A stretch of 64,000 bases of DNA from Blasia pusilla (taxonomy: Eukaryota), in NCBI GenBank assembly GCA_050084515.1, contig CM114271.1, positions 12,214,001 through 12,278,000 of the forward strand, in the 5' to 3' direction. The stretch's first letter is position 1, and each line of letters begins with the position of its first letter. Made by a program: the position numbers and the translations under genes. Of this stretch, positions 52,123-64,000 are shown piece by piece. Under the pieces are notes generated by a model that searched no databases, was not told the DNA's origin, and saw only the letters and a program-made list of their open reading frames with translations.

Positions 52123-55100
52123 TATTGAAGATTGAGTTATAGTCAAGCTCATGAGACATCTGAACTGCTACATTTGGCACTCACAAGAAGTAGGGAAGCT
52201 TAATCTTGGTTAGTCGATAACCACGATTATCTTGACTAGGATTTGTTAATCACACTTAGGCTAACTCGAGACTAGGGTTAAGGATAGGGTTAGGATTGCT
52301 TGTATATATCCTATATAATTGAGAAGAGGACCAGCCTCCACTCATTCTCTCATTGCAAATTTTGTTCTCCATGGTGGTGTGTGTGTGTGATATGAGAACA
52401 GGAGCCTCAGTAGAAGAGGGTTATCAAGTGAAGTTTAACGTAAATAGTTGTTTCATTGAAACAATGGATAACCACACTACGATAGCAAAAGGAACTAGAT
52501 CTGGCAGAATGTTCAAATTAGATGTTTCTATGCCAAAAATTCAAACAACAATGTATGGTCAAACCGGCCAACAAGTCACAGATCTAAATGTGTGGCATAA
52601 AAGAATTGGACATATGAATCTTCAAAAATTACAGAGGCTTTCATCATCTAATATAGTAATAAGACTCCCTAAATTAGTGAGTCTTGCTATGTTAGAGGTA
52701 TGTCCTGCTTGCCAATTTGGAAAACAAGCTAGATTTCCTTTTCCAAAGCGAGATAGAAGAGCATCCAAGATATTGGAGTTGATCCACAATGATGTGTGGA
52801 CAACATCACAACAGAGCCTTAGTGGTTGCCAATACTTTGTTTCATTTATTGATGACTTCTCTAGGTATATATATAGGTATACTTTTTGAAAGCCAAGTCA
52901 GGAAATTCTCAGTGTTCCTCGAAGTCTTCACATGAAGTAAACCTGATTTTTCCTTCTTGAAAGTATTTGGCTGTATCTGTTATGCTCATGTTCCTTCTGA
53001 GAGACGACAAAAATTAGACCCCAAGTCTCAAAGATGTATCTTCATTGGCTATGCTGATGAAACTAAGGGGTATAAGTGCTACATTCCATCCTCTAGGCAG
53101 CTTATTATTAGTCGCGATGTTGTCTTTGATGAGCTAAAGTCATGGTATGCTCCATCTGAGCCTATTCCACCTCTAAACTTGTCTGTTGAGGAGGAGAATA
53201 TGACTCGAAACCAACAGACATTGTCTTCAACTTCCCCAAGTACTAGTGTAGGATTAGGAGAGGTCCTAGATTCATCGGTTCAATCTGTGAGTCCATGGAT
53301 GGGAAGAGTACATATTCAGTCTATTGACACTAGTTGGAGCTTCAGTCAAGTGTCAAACGCATCTATCTCTGAACAACAACTTTGTAGATCAAGTAGAGTT
53401 ATACATCCAGTTCATAGATTCATAAATTAAGGTTTCCTTGCGACATATTATGCATATATGATGACTACCCTTCAACAGCAAGAGCCGAGTTGTTTTGAAG
53501 AAGCTATGAGTAAATTCGAATGGATTGAAGCTATGGAGGAAGAGCTTGCTGCATTAAGACATCAACAAACATGGGAGCTGGTTGATATACCTTCCGGTAA
53601 GAAAGCTATTGGTTGCAAATGAGTTTACAAAATCAAGTGCAATCAAGATGGTACAATTAATAGATACAAAGCGAGATTGGTTGCTAAGGGCTATGCACAA
53701 CAATACGGTATCGATTATGAGGAAACATTTAGCCATGTTGCAAAGATGGTGACTACAAGAACATTGGTTGCAATTATAGTAAATAAGAAGTGGAGATTAC
53801 ATCACATGGACGTCAAGAATGCCTTCTTGAATGGAGATCTATGTGAGGAGATATTTATGACTCAACCACTTGGATACGAGCATCCCAAGTTTTCATTTCG
53901 CGTATGCAGGTTGAAGAAAGCTCTATACAGGCTCAAACAAGCTCCAAGAGCTTCGTATGGCAAGATTACATACGTCCTACAAGAGTTAGGTTTTAGGGTC
54001 TGTGATTCTGACTCCTTGTTATATGTCTTGAGAGGACAAGATCATACAGTTCTCATTGTGTTGTATGTTGATGATCTCTTGATTAGTGGGAGTATTGAAG
54101 AAATGGTACAACAAGTCAAGCTTAAGTTACAAGCAAAATTTGATATGAAGGACTTGAGAGAACTCAAGTACTTCCTTGGTATTGAGTTTATCAAGGTTGG
54201 AGAGAGCATGTGGTTACTACAACAACAATATGCTCTTCATATGCTTTCAAAATATGGTATGACGGCTTGTAAGCCAATCTCTATTCCGTTGGACTAGAGC
54301 GTGAAGCTAAGAGTGGATGAAGGAGAGCTGCTTGCAGATTCTGATATGTACAGACGCATGGTTGGAAGTTTGATCTATCTAACTATAACTAGACCAGATT
54401 TGAGCTATGTTGTTGGCCTAGTGAGCCAGTTTATGCAAGCACCTCGAAAACCTCACCTTGATGCTGTGAGGAGGATTATGTGGTATGTGAAATTCTCTAT
54501 TCAATTCGGGCCTCAATTTGAACCTTCTCCGAGTTTTCAATTACAGGGATTCACAAATGCTGATTGGGCAGTAAGAGTGTCTGATCGACACTCCACATTT
54601 GGTTATTCATTTACTTTGGGAAGCGCAGCTATAAGTTGGGCTTCACAGAAGCAACCTACAGTTGCTTTATCTTCAACAGAGGTTGAGTACAGAAGAGTAA
54701 CCAATGCAACATGTGAGGCGGTGTGGCTTCATTGATTACTTGATGAGATTGGTGTTAGTATCTTAGAACATAGTGTAATATATGCAGACAATATTAGTAG
54801 CATCAAGCTAATATTGCTAATAACCCTGTGTTTCATGCTCGTACAAAGCATGTTGAGATGCACTATCATTTTATTATAGAGAAAGTGCTTGTAGGAGAAA
54901 TTGATCTTGTGTATATAGGTACAGATCAAAAAATTGCTGACATCTTTACAAAGGCATTGTCTAGAGATAAGTTTGAGATGTTTAGAAAGGATTTAGGCGT
55001 TAGAGATATCGATATGAGCTTGAGAGGGAGTATTAAAGATCGAGTTACAGTTAAGCTCATGAGACACCTGAACTGCTACATTTGGCACTCACACAAAGTA

Positions 55101-55342
55101 GGGAAGCTTAATCTTGGTTAGTCAGTTAAGCATGATTATCTTAACTAGGGTTAGTTAATCACAGTTAGGCTAACTTGAGACTATGGTTAAGGATAGGGTT
55201 AGGGTTGCTTGTACATACCCTATATAATTGAGAAGAGGACCAGCCTCCACTCATTCTCTTATTGCAAATTTCTTTCTCCATGGTGGTGTGTGTGTGTGAG
55301 AGCCGTTTTCCACCAATTATGCTTGTTTAGCAGTTTTCCACA
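52123..55342 (+). mobile_element. Ty1/copia LTR retrotransposon, internally deleted, inserted in the DNMT domain of copy 2
   Basis: Exact 5-bp TSD cctac (52118-52122, 55343-55347). 5' LTR 52123-~52390 (truncated) and 3' LTR 55031-55342 ending CA. PPT tgagagggag at 55021-55030. Confidence 0.96.
52400..55020 (+). pseudogene. Copia pol remnant (GAG-pre-integrase, partial integrase, RT, RNase H)
   Basis: WHKRIGH, CPACQFGKQ, FIDDFSR, KLDPKS..CIFIGY, KARLVAKG, MDVKNAFLNG, LYVDDL, TRPDL, VALSSTEVEY, HARTKHVE, ADIFTKAL. gag, protease and the integrase core are deleted. Confidence 0.95.
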
Positions 55343-55347
55343 CCTAC

Positions 55348-58300
55348 CCTGTTGACCACAGTCAATGATGGTCGATCATTGTGCCTCACTGCCTGTGATC
55401 GACGACGTGGATCCAGTATGGAATCCACTAACAAATGGGAGGGGCGCTCCACTCTCGCATACGCCCTCTATAACACCGCATGGGGCACCAAGTTGGTCCA
55501 CCATAGATGCGGGCGATGGGCTCTAGAACCTACACTCGCCGCATCCAAGAACACTGTTGGTCCGATCCACGCACGCACTTGATGAGTACTCGTCATCATC
55601 CGTGACCTGGAGTCTCCTAAGATCGGTATATTCTCCAAAATGTAGGCTGGAGAACGAGACTGGTGCTCCTACAACTGCCGTAAGACCCTCAACATCTCCC
55701 AAAAAAACCTAGACCGAGTGTCAGCCAACCCGCTGCCTCGTCCAACACTCGATTGGCTCTAACATGGCCAACCGGAAATGACCAAATAAATGGTCCCTAC
55801 CCGCTCTAAGTTCTGCGCCCCCAACAACAAAATATCCCTCGATAGGGAACTCTAGTATCCATATACCGCGGACGTAGATAATAAGTCGAGAAAACATAGG
55901 CATAACTACGCCACATGTTGTAGTGAGACGCGCCTCGGAACATCATCACTCTCCACATACAAGTGCTGCTGCACTCGCACTCCTTCTTGCAAAACAACAG
56001 CTAACCCGGTGCTAATCCCTCCAAAGAGATCTAACACTCGAATACCCTCCTCCGAGATACACCACAAAATGGGTGTGATATCCAAGGGTGTCATCATTGC
56101 ACTCCCTGCTACCTCGGGTTCCTCAGACTCGTCACGCTCCGGTGCAGACGCCTTGCTCCACGCGGTCTGCACCTACTCATCTGCCAATCGTCGAAGCTCC
56201 TCACTCGAGCCCCACAGCGGCACCTCTCCTCCACGGAATGATGCGGCTACCATAACACTCCTCTCCATAGAAATTTCAAGAACGGGAGTATCCTATGCAT
56301 GGACATGTCTCTCAATCAAATCACTAGGCCAAGTGATTGCTAAATGCTGCTAAGGTTGCCATCTCTCCTCGTCGTTGCTCGATCACTACACTTGTAAATC
56401 AAACATGTAATGAGCTAAGGCGCCCATCACCTGACTGCTATCCTAGTCTATAGGATGCGGACTCCTCCCAATAATCTAGGGCAAACCCCATCGGGTATAA
56501 CAGTGCTCCACCAACCAAGACGTTGTAGGACTCTGCATCAGTCACTATCGCCTTGGCTCACACCACGGACTCATCTGTAGGATGTCCCAGACAAATCCTC
56601 ACTACGACCTCCTGTCAGGTGATATAATGTGTAGTACTCACTCCACCCAAGGATATCGTGAATGGACAATGCTCCACATCGGCTCTTGTCAAGCCCAATC
56701 CTCTGAATGACGCTTTTCCCAACATCAAGGGTTGCGCTCCTGAATCCAACAAGACGCGTTGCGGACTAAAAGCTCTACCTCCGGGACTCACCAACTAGAA
56801 GATTTCTCCTTGGTTATCTAGCAACACAACACCAGGAGAAGCCATGGCACGCTCTATCGCAGGTCTAGCGGGCATCTCCGCCATCCTAGCAGCCGCAGCC
56901 TGCCAAGAATCTGACGTGGACGGCCCAAGCATCCGCTCCAAGGGCAGGTCCATCACCTCCTCTGCAATCATCTCTGAACGTGATGCAAGAACTCCAACTC
57001 CACGCTCACATAGCGTAGCGGCGAGCAAAAAAGCCTCGGCGGGCGTACCTCCCAACGTCATAACATCGGAAGCAAAAAATTAAGCAGCGTGGTACACAAC
57101 GGTGGCCGCCCCCAAGAACGTCCTCAACACATGCCCGTGCAGAGCATCAGCAACATGAGTCGTCGCACTCGCTTCTCCCATCGTCCTCCGTGCCTGCACA
57201 CCAACAACATCACCAACTCTCCAAGAACTCTGATCAAGACCCATCAATGGGGTCCTCATCGCCTCGGATAGCATGAAAGACTGAGGAAGCCTATTCTGTT
57301 TCCTCGCTTCCCCTCGCTATGGATCCAACTGTGCGGCTGTTCCATGCGTCACAACTCTGGCTGCCTCCATCTGGGCAAGCCCGCACATCCAACTAGGATC
57401 CTCCATATCTCTGGCTGCTCCATATGATGTCGATGCCACGGATCCGGAATCGGGTAATCTCAATGCCATAGCGACAATCTACTCCTGTAGCTTATGTATT
57501 TGAGCATCCATCTCAGCCTCACGTCCAGCGTCTCCCTCGGTGCGTCTAGATGGTAGGACTCTACCTCCTCCATGGGCAGCTCCACCATTATGTCGGGCAA
57601 CTCCAGCTCCTCATCCCCCAATGGGACCACTTGGTGCACGATCTCTAGGTCCACCTGGACCGGCTACTCGCTTTGGTGCCCTCTCTGGCCCTTAGTCCAG
57701 AGGTAACTCAGGATATAAATTGAAACACCTGGCGCGTGTATGACCATACCTCTAACAATAGTCACACTGATAACCTCCGGGTGCATCACCATCTCCTCCT
57801 CGATGCTGAGGCACATATCCATGACCCTGACGAGTGCAATCGCGTTGATGATTGGTTCCACCACATGACCAACAAGTAATTGTAGGGGGTTCTTTCCTGA
57901 GCCGCATATGAAGGCGCGGGTCTCTGTGGCACGGCCTCTAGGTATCCTCCCTGAGCTCGTGGTGCCACGGTTGACCTATCACGGAGTCCACGTTGCTGCA
58001 CAAGTTGTGCAAACAATCGCAACTGCTCTCGTCCAGAACCCATGGTGACCTACGCTCTCCTCCGCCATGTTGCACTCAATATTCTTGGCGGTCCTAAAAA
58101 CATCTCTTAACGTAGGGGAGGTGTCCATAAGAAGCACCCCCTCCCCCACCCGTGTCCACAGGGTCCGATCCAGCATCGCGTACCATGACTGGATAGCCTG
58201 AGCCTCTGTCACCCCTTGAGTGATGTTGATCAACCAACACAAGCGAGTGTAAGCCTCAAGCAAACTCTCACCTGGGCGCCTCTAGAAGTCTTGGATGCTT

Positions 58301-58997
58301 TGCAACTTCTCCGTCCGTACCCTCTAGTAGCTCGCCCTCAACTCAGCAAAGAACTCAACCATGGGGTTGAACCTGGGACGAACCCGACTAGACGGTGCAA
58401 CTACTCCAATACGAGTGACCCCTCCTAAAACATCACTAGTGGAAGAGGAAGTAGCCTCTTCTAACTCCTCCTACTCATCTGGAAACGGCTCCGTCCATGA
58501 CACATAGTGTAAGTCATAGTAGAGTCCCTATGCCTCAATCTCTTGGGCATATCTGTGGGAGAACTCATGGTAATCGTCCATGGATGCCCCCTCTAAATGC
58601 TAGAACATACCGTTCCATGCTGTAAACGGGTTGAACTCTCTAGAGTTCCTAGCCCGCTATGAGTCACACCAATTTCTAAACTCCGCAATGAAGTCGTGTA
58701 GCTCTATGGTGCCTACAACACCCGAAAACCTACGCGGTCCTCTACTTCGGTCATCCATCTCGTACGCCCAACTGGTAGGACCACTCAATGCGTACAGTGG
58801 ATCACTAACACACTCCTCTACACGCTCCTCCTTGTCTGAAGACGACACAAAAGGAGATCAAGATGGTCTCTCACGTGGAGACCCTCGAAACCTCGCACCA
58901 CTCCGGGTAAACCCTCCAGCGCTACTCTCAAGTCCACTACCTCGCCTCTCAAAATCCTGAAAGGACGCCGTGATGGCCCTCGTGCCCCTCTCACATG
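55348..58997 (-). pseudogene. Copy 2 polyprotein, 5' part: gag, zinc knuckles, protease, DNMT motifs I-VIII
   Basis: GTIELHDFIAEFRNWCDS; RVLLDSGAQP (~56730-56760); RVLDLFGGISTG, YVESD, ISGWPC* (GWPC* at 55759-55773), YILENI, HRPHLWWTN. Confidence 0.9.
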
Positions 58998-60607
58998 ATC
59001 ACTCTCAACCTCGCGACTAATCCCTCAATCACTCATCCCAAACATGCAGCACTCGATCTACACTCTCCCTCCTCGAGAAGTGTAACGTGCGGCAACAAGC
59101 GGCATGGTGCGGCAAATCGACCATGCTATCATCTCATCGACAACCTACCCTCAACTCCGGAAATCCCACACAGGTCTATGTCCCCTAAACCACATACATA
59201 AATGATGCTCTCAGCATCCACACAACCCAATATCTCCAAATAAACTACCCAAATCCCATAATTCCTCACGCGTGGAGGGTAAAGGACCAAAATGGGTAAC
59301 CTGAACACATGTCAATGTCGCTCCTCAGCATCAGCAAATCTCAACCCCAACTCGGTCATGGAGACAACTCCTCCAATGAGCAAGTCATACTCCTTCCATT
59401 CTGATGCTACTCAAAACTCCTCGATGGACAATGCGGTCCCAATGGAACGGTGCGGCGTTGCAGGCGGTATAGAACGGCTACAAACGGCACGGCCCTCGAT
59501 GGTGGGATGCGGCACTCGGTGGCATACCCTCCTCAATCAACAATAAACCCACACTCTGCTCCACAATGACGATGCGGCTCCGCGATCGAGATGGTGAGGT
59601 GCGGCCACGATTGGCACGGCGCGGAAATCGGCGGCGCATTGCGGCTACAGGCTTCACGACACGGTACTAGATCGTCGTCGAGCGGCTACCAATCACAACA
59701 TAGTAGCATGAAATCAAAACTCAAACACCATAACCAGAGGTCATCTACCATCACTAGTTGATGGCAAAACTTCAATGACGGTGGCGGCCAAACCAAAGTA
59801 CGTGGTGGCGGCGCAAGTCAGAGAATCAACGGTGGTCGTGGATGACCCTCCACTTTGTAATGGCGGCAATGGCAACCAAAGGGTGGACAACGGCCGAATG
59901 CGGCTCTGGGCAAGATTGGGCAACGGCAACGGCCGACAATGGACAATGGACGGTGGCCGGTGGACGGTGAACCATTGATGGTGGCGATGGACCATTGACG
60001 GTGACAGTTGACTGTTGACAATGATGGTGACTATGACGGCGATAGCCTCCGCCGGCATGGCGGCTGGTTTAGGGTTTGAACAATTTAACCCTAAAAATTG
60101 CCTAGCAATGGAAGTTTTGCAAGATTGACCATAACTTTTTACTCGCAACTCCAAATGCACATTGTTTGTTGTACAATGTGCACAACTTTACGATCTATGA
60201 CCGTATCAAAAAATATTTGGAATTGAACATTCCAGTAAAAATTGACAGGGATTGTTGTAAAGCCCAATGTCTCTTTCTCCTACACAAAATTTGGCAGCGC
60301 GGTTCTCCCAACAAAATTGTAAAACCTATAAAAATACATATCAGCAAGCTACATGGTGCTCCTGAGGGCACCAGAATGGGGCAACCCGCCCCCATAATCA
60401 ATCCCTATCAAAAATTGGGCAGCGCTTCCGCGCGCCACTCTTCCACACGAAAAATCACCAAATGCAAAGAACAATCAAAGTAGCCCTTGCTCTGGTGAGC
60501 ACTCCCATGAGCCACTAAATGGGGAACATATTCCCCAACCTGCAAAAATAGTGAGTGACTAGCGAGCTCCCCCATGAAGCTCTCTCACTCTATCATTCTC
60601 TCTTTGT

Positions 60608-61120
60608 AAAGTAAGATCCAATCTCTCTCTATACCATCTCACACCATAGCTCTCAAAGGTGTGCACTCTCTCTCATGTCAAACCAAACCCACTCTCCTAA
60701 TGAGAGGCCTGGGTTACACTTACAAGGCAAGGGACCATAGCTTCGCCGCCTCATGCCAAGAGGTTCAACAAAGAGAGACTGAGCTCTCAAACTCTCTCTC
60801 CTTGAGGTATACCCTTCCCTTCTCCCAAGCTCTCTCCATGGTAACCTATTCTCCCAAGTCACCTCCTTGGCTCTTGACCTGATGTAGGAGGTCAAGGGCC
60901 ACTTTCTAAAAATATAAAGTCGATCATATACTTAAAACGGTACTTACCTAAAATAATAAATTCCTCAATATGGCTCCAAATGAGCCGAAACAAAGGGAAA
61001 ACTTGCTCTCTCACGTTTCCTGGAGCCTCAGCACGTCATCCTTGACCTATTGATCATGTCCTCCACTACTCACAAAGGCGCTCTACTAGATCTCACCGAT
61101 CTATCCTAAAAGACGTGACA
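60608..61120 (-). repeat. Repeat A1 of copy 2, element 5' terminus
   Basis: Direct repeat of 47550-48062; homologous to 12984-13512. Confidence 0.92.
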
Positions 61121-61243
61121 AGAAGGAGTTATTCTTTGTATTTCTTATAAAACCTCTCTTTTCTCAGGAAATATTGTTCTCTTGCGAACAAACTTAATAT
61201 TTTGCGATTAAGAGAGTACCTTTTCCTTGATTTGTACATTCCA

Positions 61244-62790
61244 AGGCCTCTTTTCCGGCTTCCCCACCATCGGAACTAAAGATCCAGTTTAAGAAATGAG
61301 AAGGAGGATCAATCGCTACTCAAGTTCCAAACTGAGCCCGAACGAGAGCATTCATAGTTGTAGTTCCCAAATGGGATCGCGGTCCTCTTTCATGACTTCC
61401 TCACCATCAAAAATAAGGATCCATTTCTTGAAATGAGAAGGAGGATCAATCAGAACTCAGGTTCTTGCTCAAGACACAAGAGCCCTCCCTTAACGAGGGC
61501 TTTTGAAACTCTAGTTCCCAAATCAAATCGCTGGCCTCCTTGTCGGCTACCTCACCATCAAAAGTAATGATTCAATTCTTGAAATGAGAAGGAGGATCAA
61601 TAAGAACTCAGGTTCCTATTCTAGACATGAGAGTCCCTCCCAAAATGAGGGCTTTCTGAACTTGAGTTCCCAAATCTTATCGCTGACCTCTTTCCTTGCT
61701 ACCTCACCATCGGAAGTCTATATTCAGTTCTCAAAATGAGAAGGAGGATCAATCGGAACTCAGGTTCTAGTTCCTGACACAAAAACTAAGCTTGAACCCG
61801 GGCGCTCAAAGCTATAGTTATCAAATAAGATCGCAAACCTCCTTCTTGGCTTCCTCACCATCAAAACTAGAGATCCTGTTCTTGTAATGAAAAGGAGGAT
61901 CAATCAAAACTTATATTCCGTCCGAACAAGAGCTTTCAGAACTATAGTTCCAAAATGAGATCATGACCCTCATTCCCGACTTCCTCACCATCGGAACTAG
62001 AGATCCACTTCTCAAAATGAGAAGGAGGATCAATCAGAACTCAGGTTTCGGTTCTAGAGACGAGAATTGAGTCCGAACCGGGGCATTCGGAACTGTAGCT
62101 CCAAAATGAGATCAAGGGCCTCGTTCCCAGCTTCCTCACCATCGAAATTAGAGATCCAATTCTCAAAATGAGAAGGAGGATCAATCAGAACTTAGGTTCT
62201 GGTTCCAAATATGAGAACTGAGTCTGAACGGGGGGCATTCAAAACTATAGTTTCCAAATAAGATTGCGGGCCTCCTTTCCAACATCCTCACCATTAGAAC
62301 TCTGGATCCAGTTCTCCAAATGAGAAGGAGGATCAATCGGAACTCAAGTTTCTATTCCTAACATGATAACTGAGCCCGAACGGGTGCGTTTGGAGCTCTA
62401 GTTCCCAAATAAGATTGCGGGACTCCTTCTCGGCTTCCTCGCCGTCAGAACTAGAGATCCATTCTCAAAATTATAAAGAGGATCAATCGAAACTCACATT
62501 CCGGTTCCATATACAAGAACAAACTGTAGCTCCCAAAAATAATCGCGGGGCCTCTTTCCCAGCTTCCTCACCATCGGAACTATAGATCTAGTTCTCGAAA
62601 TGAGAAGGAGGATCAATCAAAACTCAGGTTTCAGTTCCTGACACGAAAACTAAACCTGAATGGAGGCATTGGGAGACCTCACCACCGGAACTAGAGACCC
62701 AACTCTTGAAATGAGAAGGAGGATCAACCGGAACTGAGGTTCTGGTCCCAAAAATGAGAACAAAGTTTCTAAATCAAATCGCTGGAACTG
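61244..62790. repeat. ~151-bp tandem array, right part (~10 units)
   Basis: Anchor cctcacca at 61983, 62134 and 62286. Same consensus and orientation as 43688-46135. Confidence 0.93.
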
Positions 62791-63519
62791 TTCCCTCTAG
62801 TGCTAGAAATGAGAACGAGAATCTACGGCTTACTACTCAGAAATGAAGTCTGACATGAACTGTGCGAGACCTCTAACAAGCTTGCTGGATGGGCATGATA
62901 CTAGTTGGATGTGCGCTTGATAGGCCAAGCACATTGGATTTTCAAATAAATTATATGACTTGAGCAATCGGAATGTTAGTACCATCTTGTATTCCTTTTA
63001 CAAATATAATGATACAATGCCAATGCATCAGACGCGTTTCGCGCCGAATACACATTGAAAAATATCTGGTGGAGACTATGTTCTCTTTAACCTTCACAAG
63101 AGATCTTCCTTTAGGGTCCGAAGTCATAGTATCTGAAACCCCTAGAAAGGCCTTTTCTATCCTGCCGCAATTGACATCAAAACAAAGTCCTATTAAACTC
63201 CACTCCTATTAAACTCCACCGTACCAGATCGAAAACAACACAATTGTTGTATTCGGAGGGAGAAGAAAAAAGAACCTCGCGATTGTATTTCCGCGTCGAC
63301 CTACAAAAGATCAACAACCGGGCGCACACATTCTTCCCTCACTTCTAGAGCAAGCGCTCTCCACCTCTAGTGTTGAGACTCCGATGTAGAGAGATTGCTA
63401 GCAAAAAAATGATCTGGGAAAACGTTGGTACTTATACTTGCCATTCCTGCCAAACTCGATGTTTGACTAGCGAATCAAATTAGATCGATGTCAGCACACC
63501 TACGTTACTTAACATAATT

Positions 63520-63710
63520 CTCACATCGATTTCAAATTCCAAATTTGGCCATCATAGATTGACGATTCGTGTTAGGAGTAAATATCGCTCATCGGATCAA
63601 AGTCTAGATTAATTAAGCTAGTACTCACATCAATTTCACAATTCAAATTTGGATGTTATAGATTAGTGATCGGTGTTAGGAGAAGACATCGCGCATTAGA
63701 TCAAAACTCC
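63520..63710. repeat. ~104-bp tandem duplication, 2 diverged copies
   Basis: tcacatc.atttca...aaatttgg...atagatt...gtgttaggag...atcgc.cat..gatcaaa occurs twice. Confidence 0.7.
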
Positions 63711-64000
63711 ATATGTCAAAATCATCCGAGCCACTCCTCAATCAGCTATGAAAACCAATGGCTTAGAATGATGAAAGGGCACGGATCGATCACCTCAAAC
63801 TGACTCCAATTGGAATCCTATACAATCCTTGCTCATTCCATTAGAATGGTTTTCTCCTTATTCCTCTATCAACCTAACCTTAGGAGCCCAGTATCCCAAC
63901 GTCCTCTGTCCCTCCCCGTCCGTTCTCTTCAATCCATAACGTTTCTTTACCACATTATCACAATTGTAACCATAGTCTAGAGACGTCAGGCCTCCGCTAT

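Larger units (their letters stand above)
47422..61120 (-). mobile_element. Ty3/gypsy-type retroelement with DNMT and PHD domains, copy 2 (complete A1-body-B1-A2-B2 structure)
   Basis: Termini TGtcacg (61120) and acgaCA (47422) in element orientation. Exact 4-bp TSD agaa at 47418-47421 and 61121-61124. Same domain order as copy 1. Confidence 0.95.
46136..61243 (+). mobile_element. Solo LTR (~1.4 kb; 46136-47421 plus 61121-61243) inserted in the tandem array and split by DNMT-gypsy copy 2
   Basis: Array breaks at gggcc|tatggtaccc and resumes at attcCA|aggcc (5-bp TSD gggcc/aggcc). TATA-like tatttaaag at ~46897. No coding remnants. Confidence 0.7.

Noticed and set aside
47422-61120. DIRS/PAT/Ngaro tyrosine-recombinase element, suggested by the split repeats
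   Set aside because: Protease, Ty3-type RT/RNase H, DDE integrase and a 4-bp TSD are present. No recombinase motifs were seen by eye.
47550-61120. Conventional LTR element bounded by A1 and A2 only
   Set aside because: A does not end in CA, the TSD lies outside B2, and B is duplicated on both sides of A2 in two subfamilies.

Overview
Repeat-dense plant genomic DNA, inferred from a plant-type SCAR exon fragment, En/Spm and hAT elements and heavy C-to-T decay. No intact host gene is present. The main content is a family of Ty3/gypsy-type retroelements whose polyprotein runs gag - protease - DNMT3-like C5-cytosine methyltransferase - RT - RNase H - DDE integrase - PHD finger. Two near-full copies lie in opposite orientation (12984-22675 +, 47422-61120 -), with two remnants of related subfamilies (9229-10175, 24251-24720). 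They lack ordinary LTR pairs. The complete copy has split direct repeats (A1-body-B1-A2-B2), TG..CA ends and a 4-bp TSD. A 16-nt putative self-priming site replaces a tRNA PBS. Also present: a CACTA transposase remnant, a hAT remnant, a decayed Pif1/Helitron-like region, a 10.7-kb TIR-bounded CACTA element carrying a SCAR/WAVE exon fragment, an unidentified decayed multi-exon ORF, and a ~151-bp tandem array split by nested insertions (solo LTR > DNMT-gypsy > copia). All coding regions carry stops or frameshifts. Domain calls are from motif recognition by eye; no searches were run.
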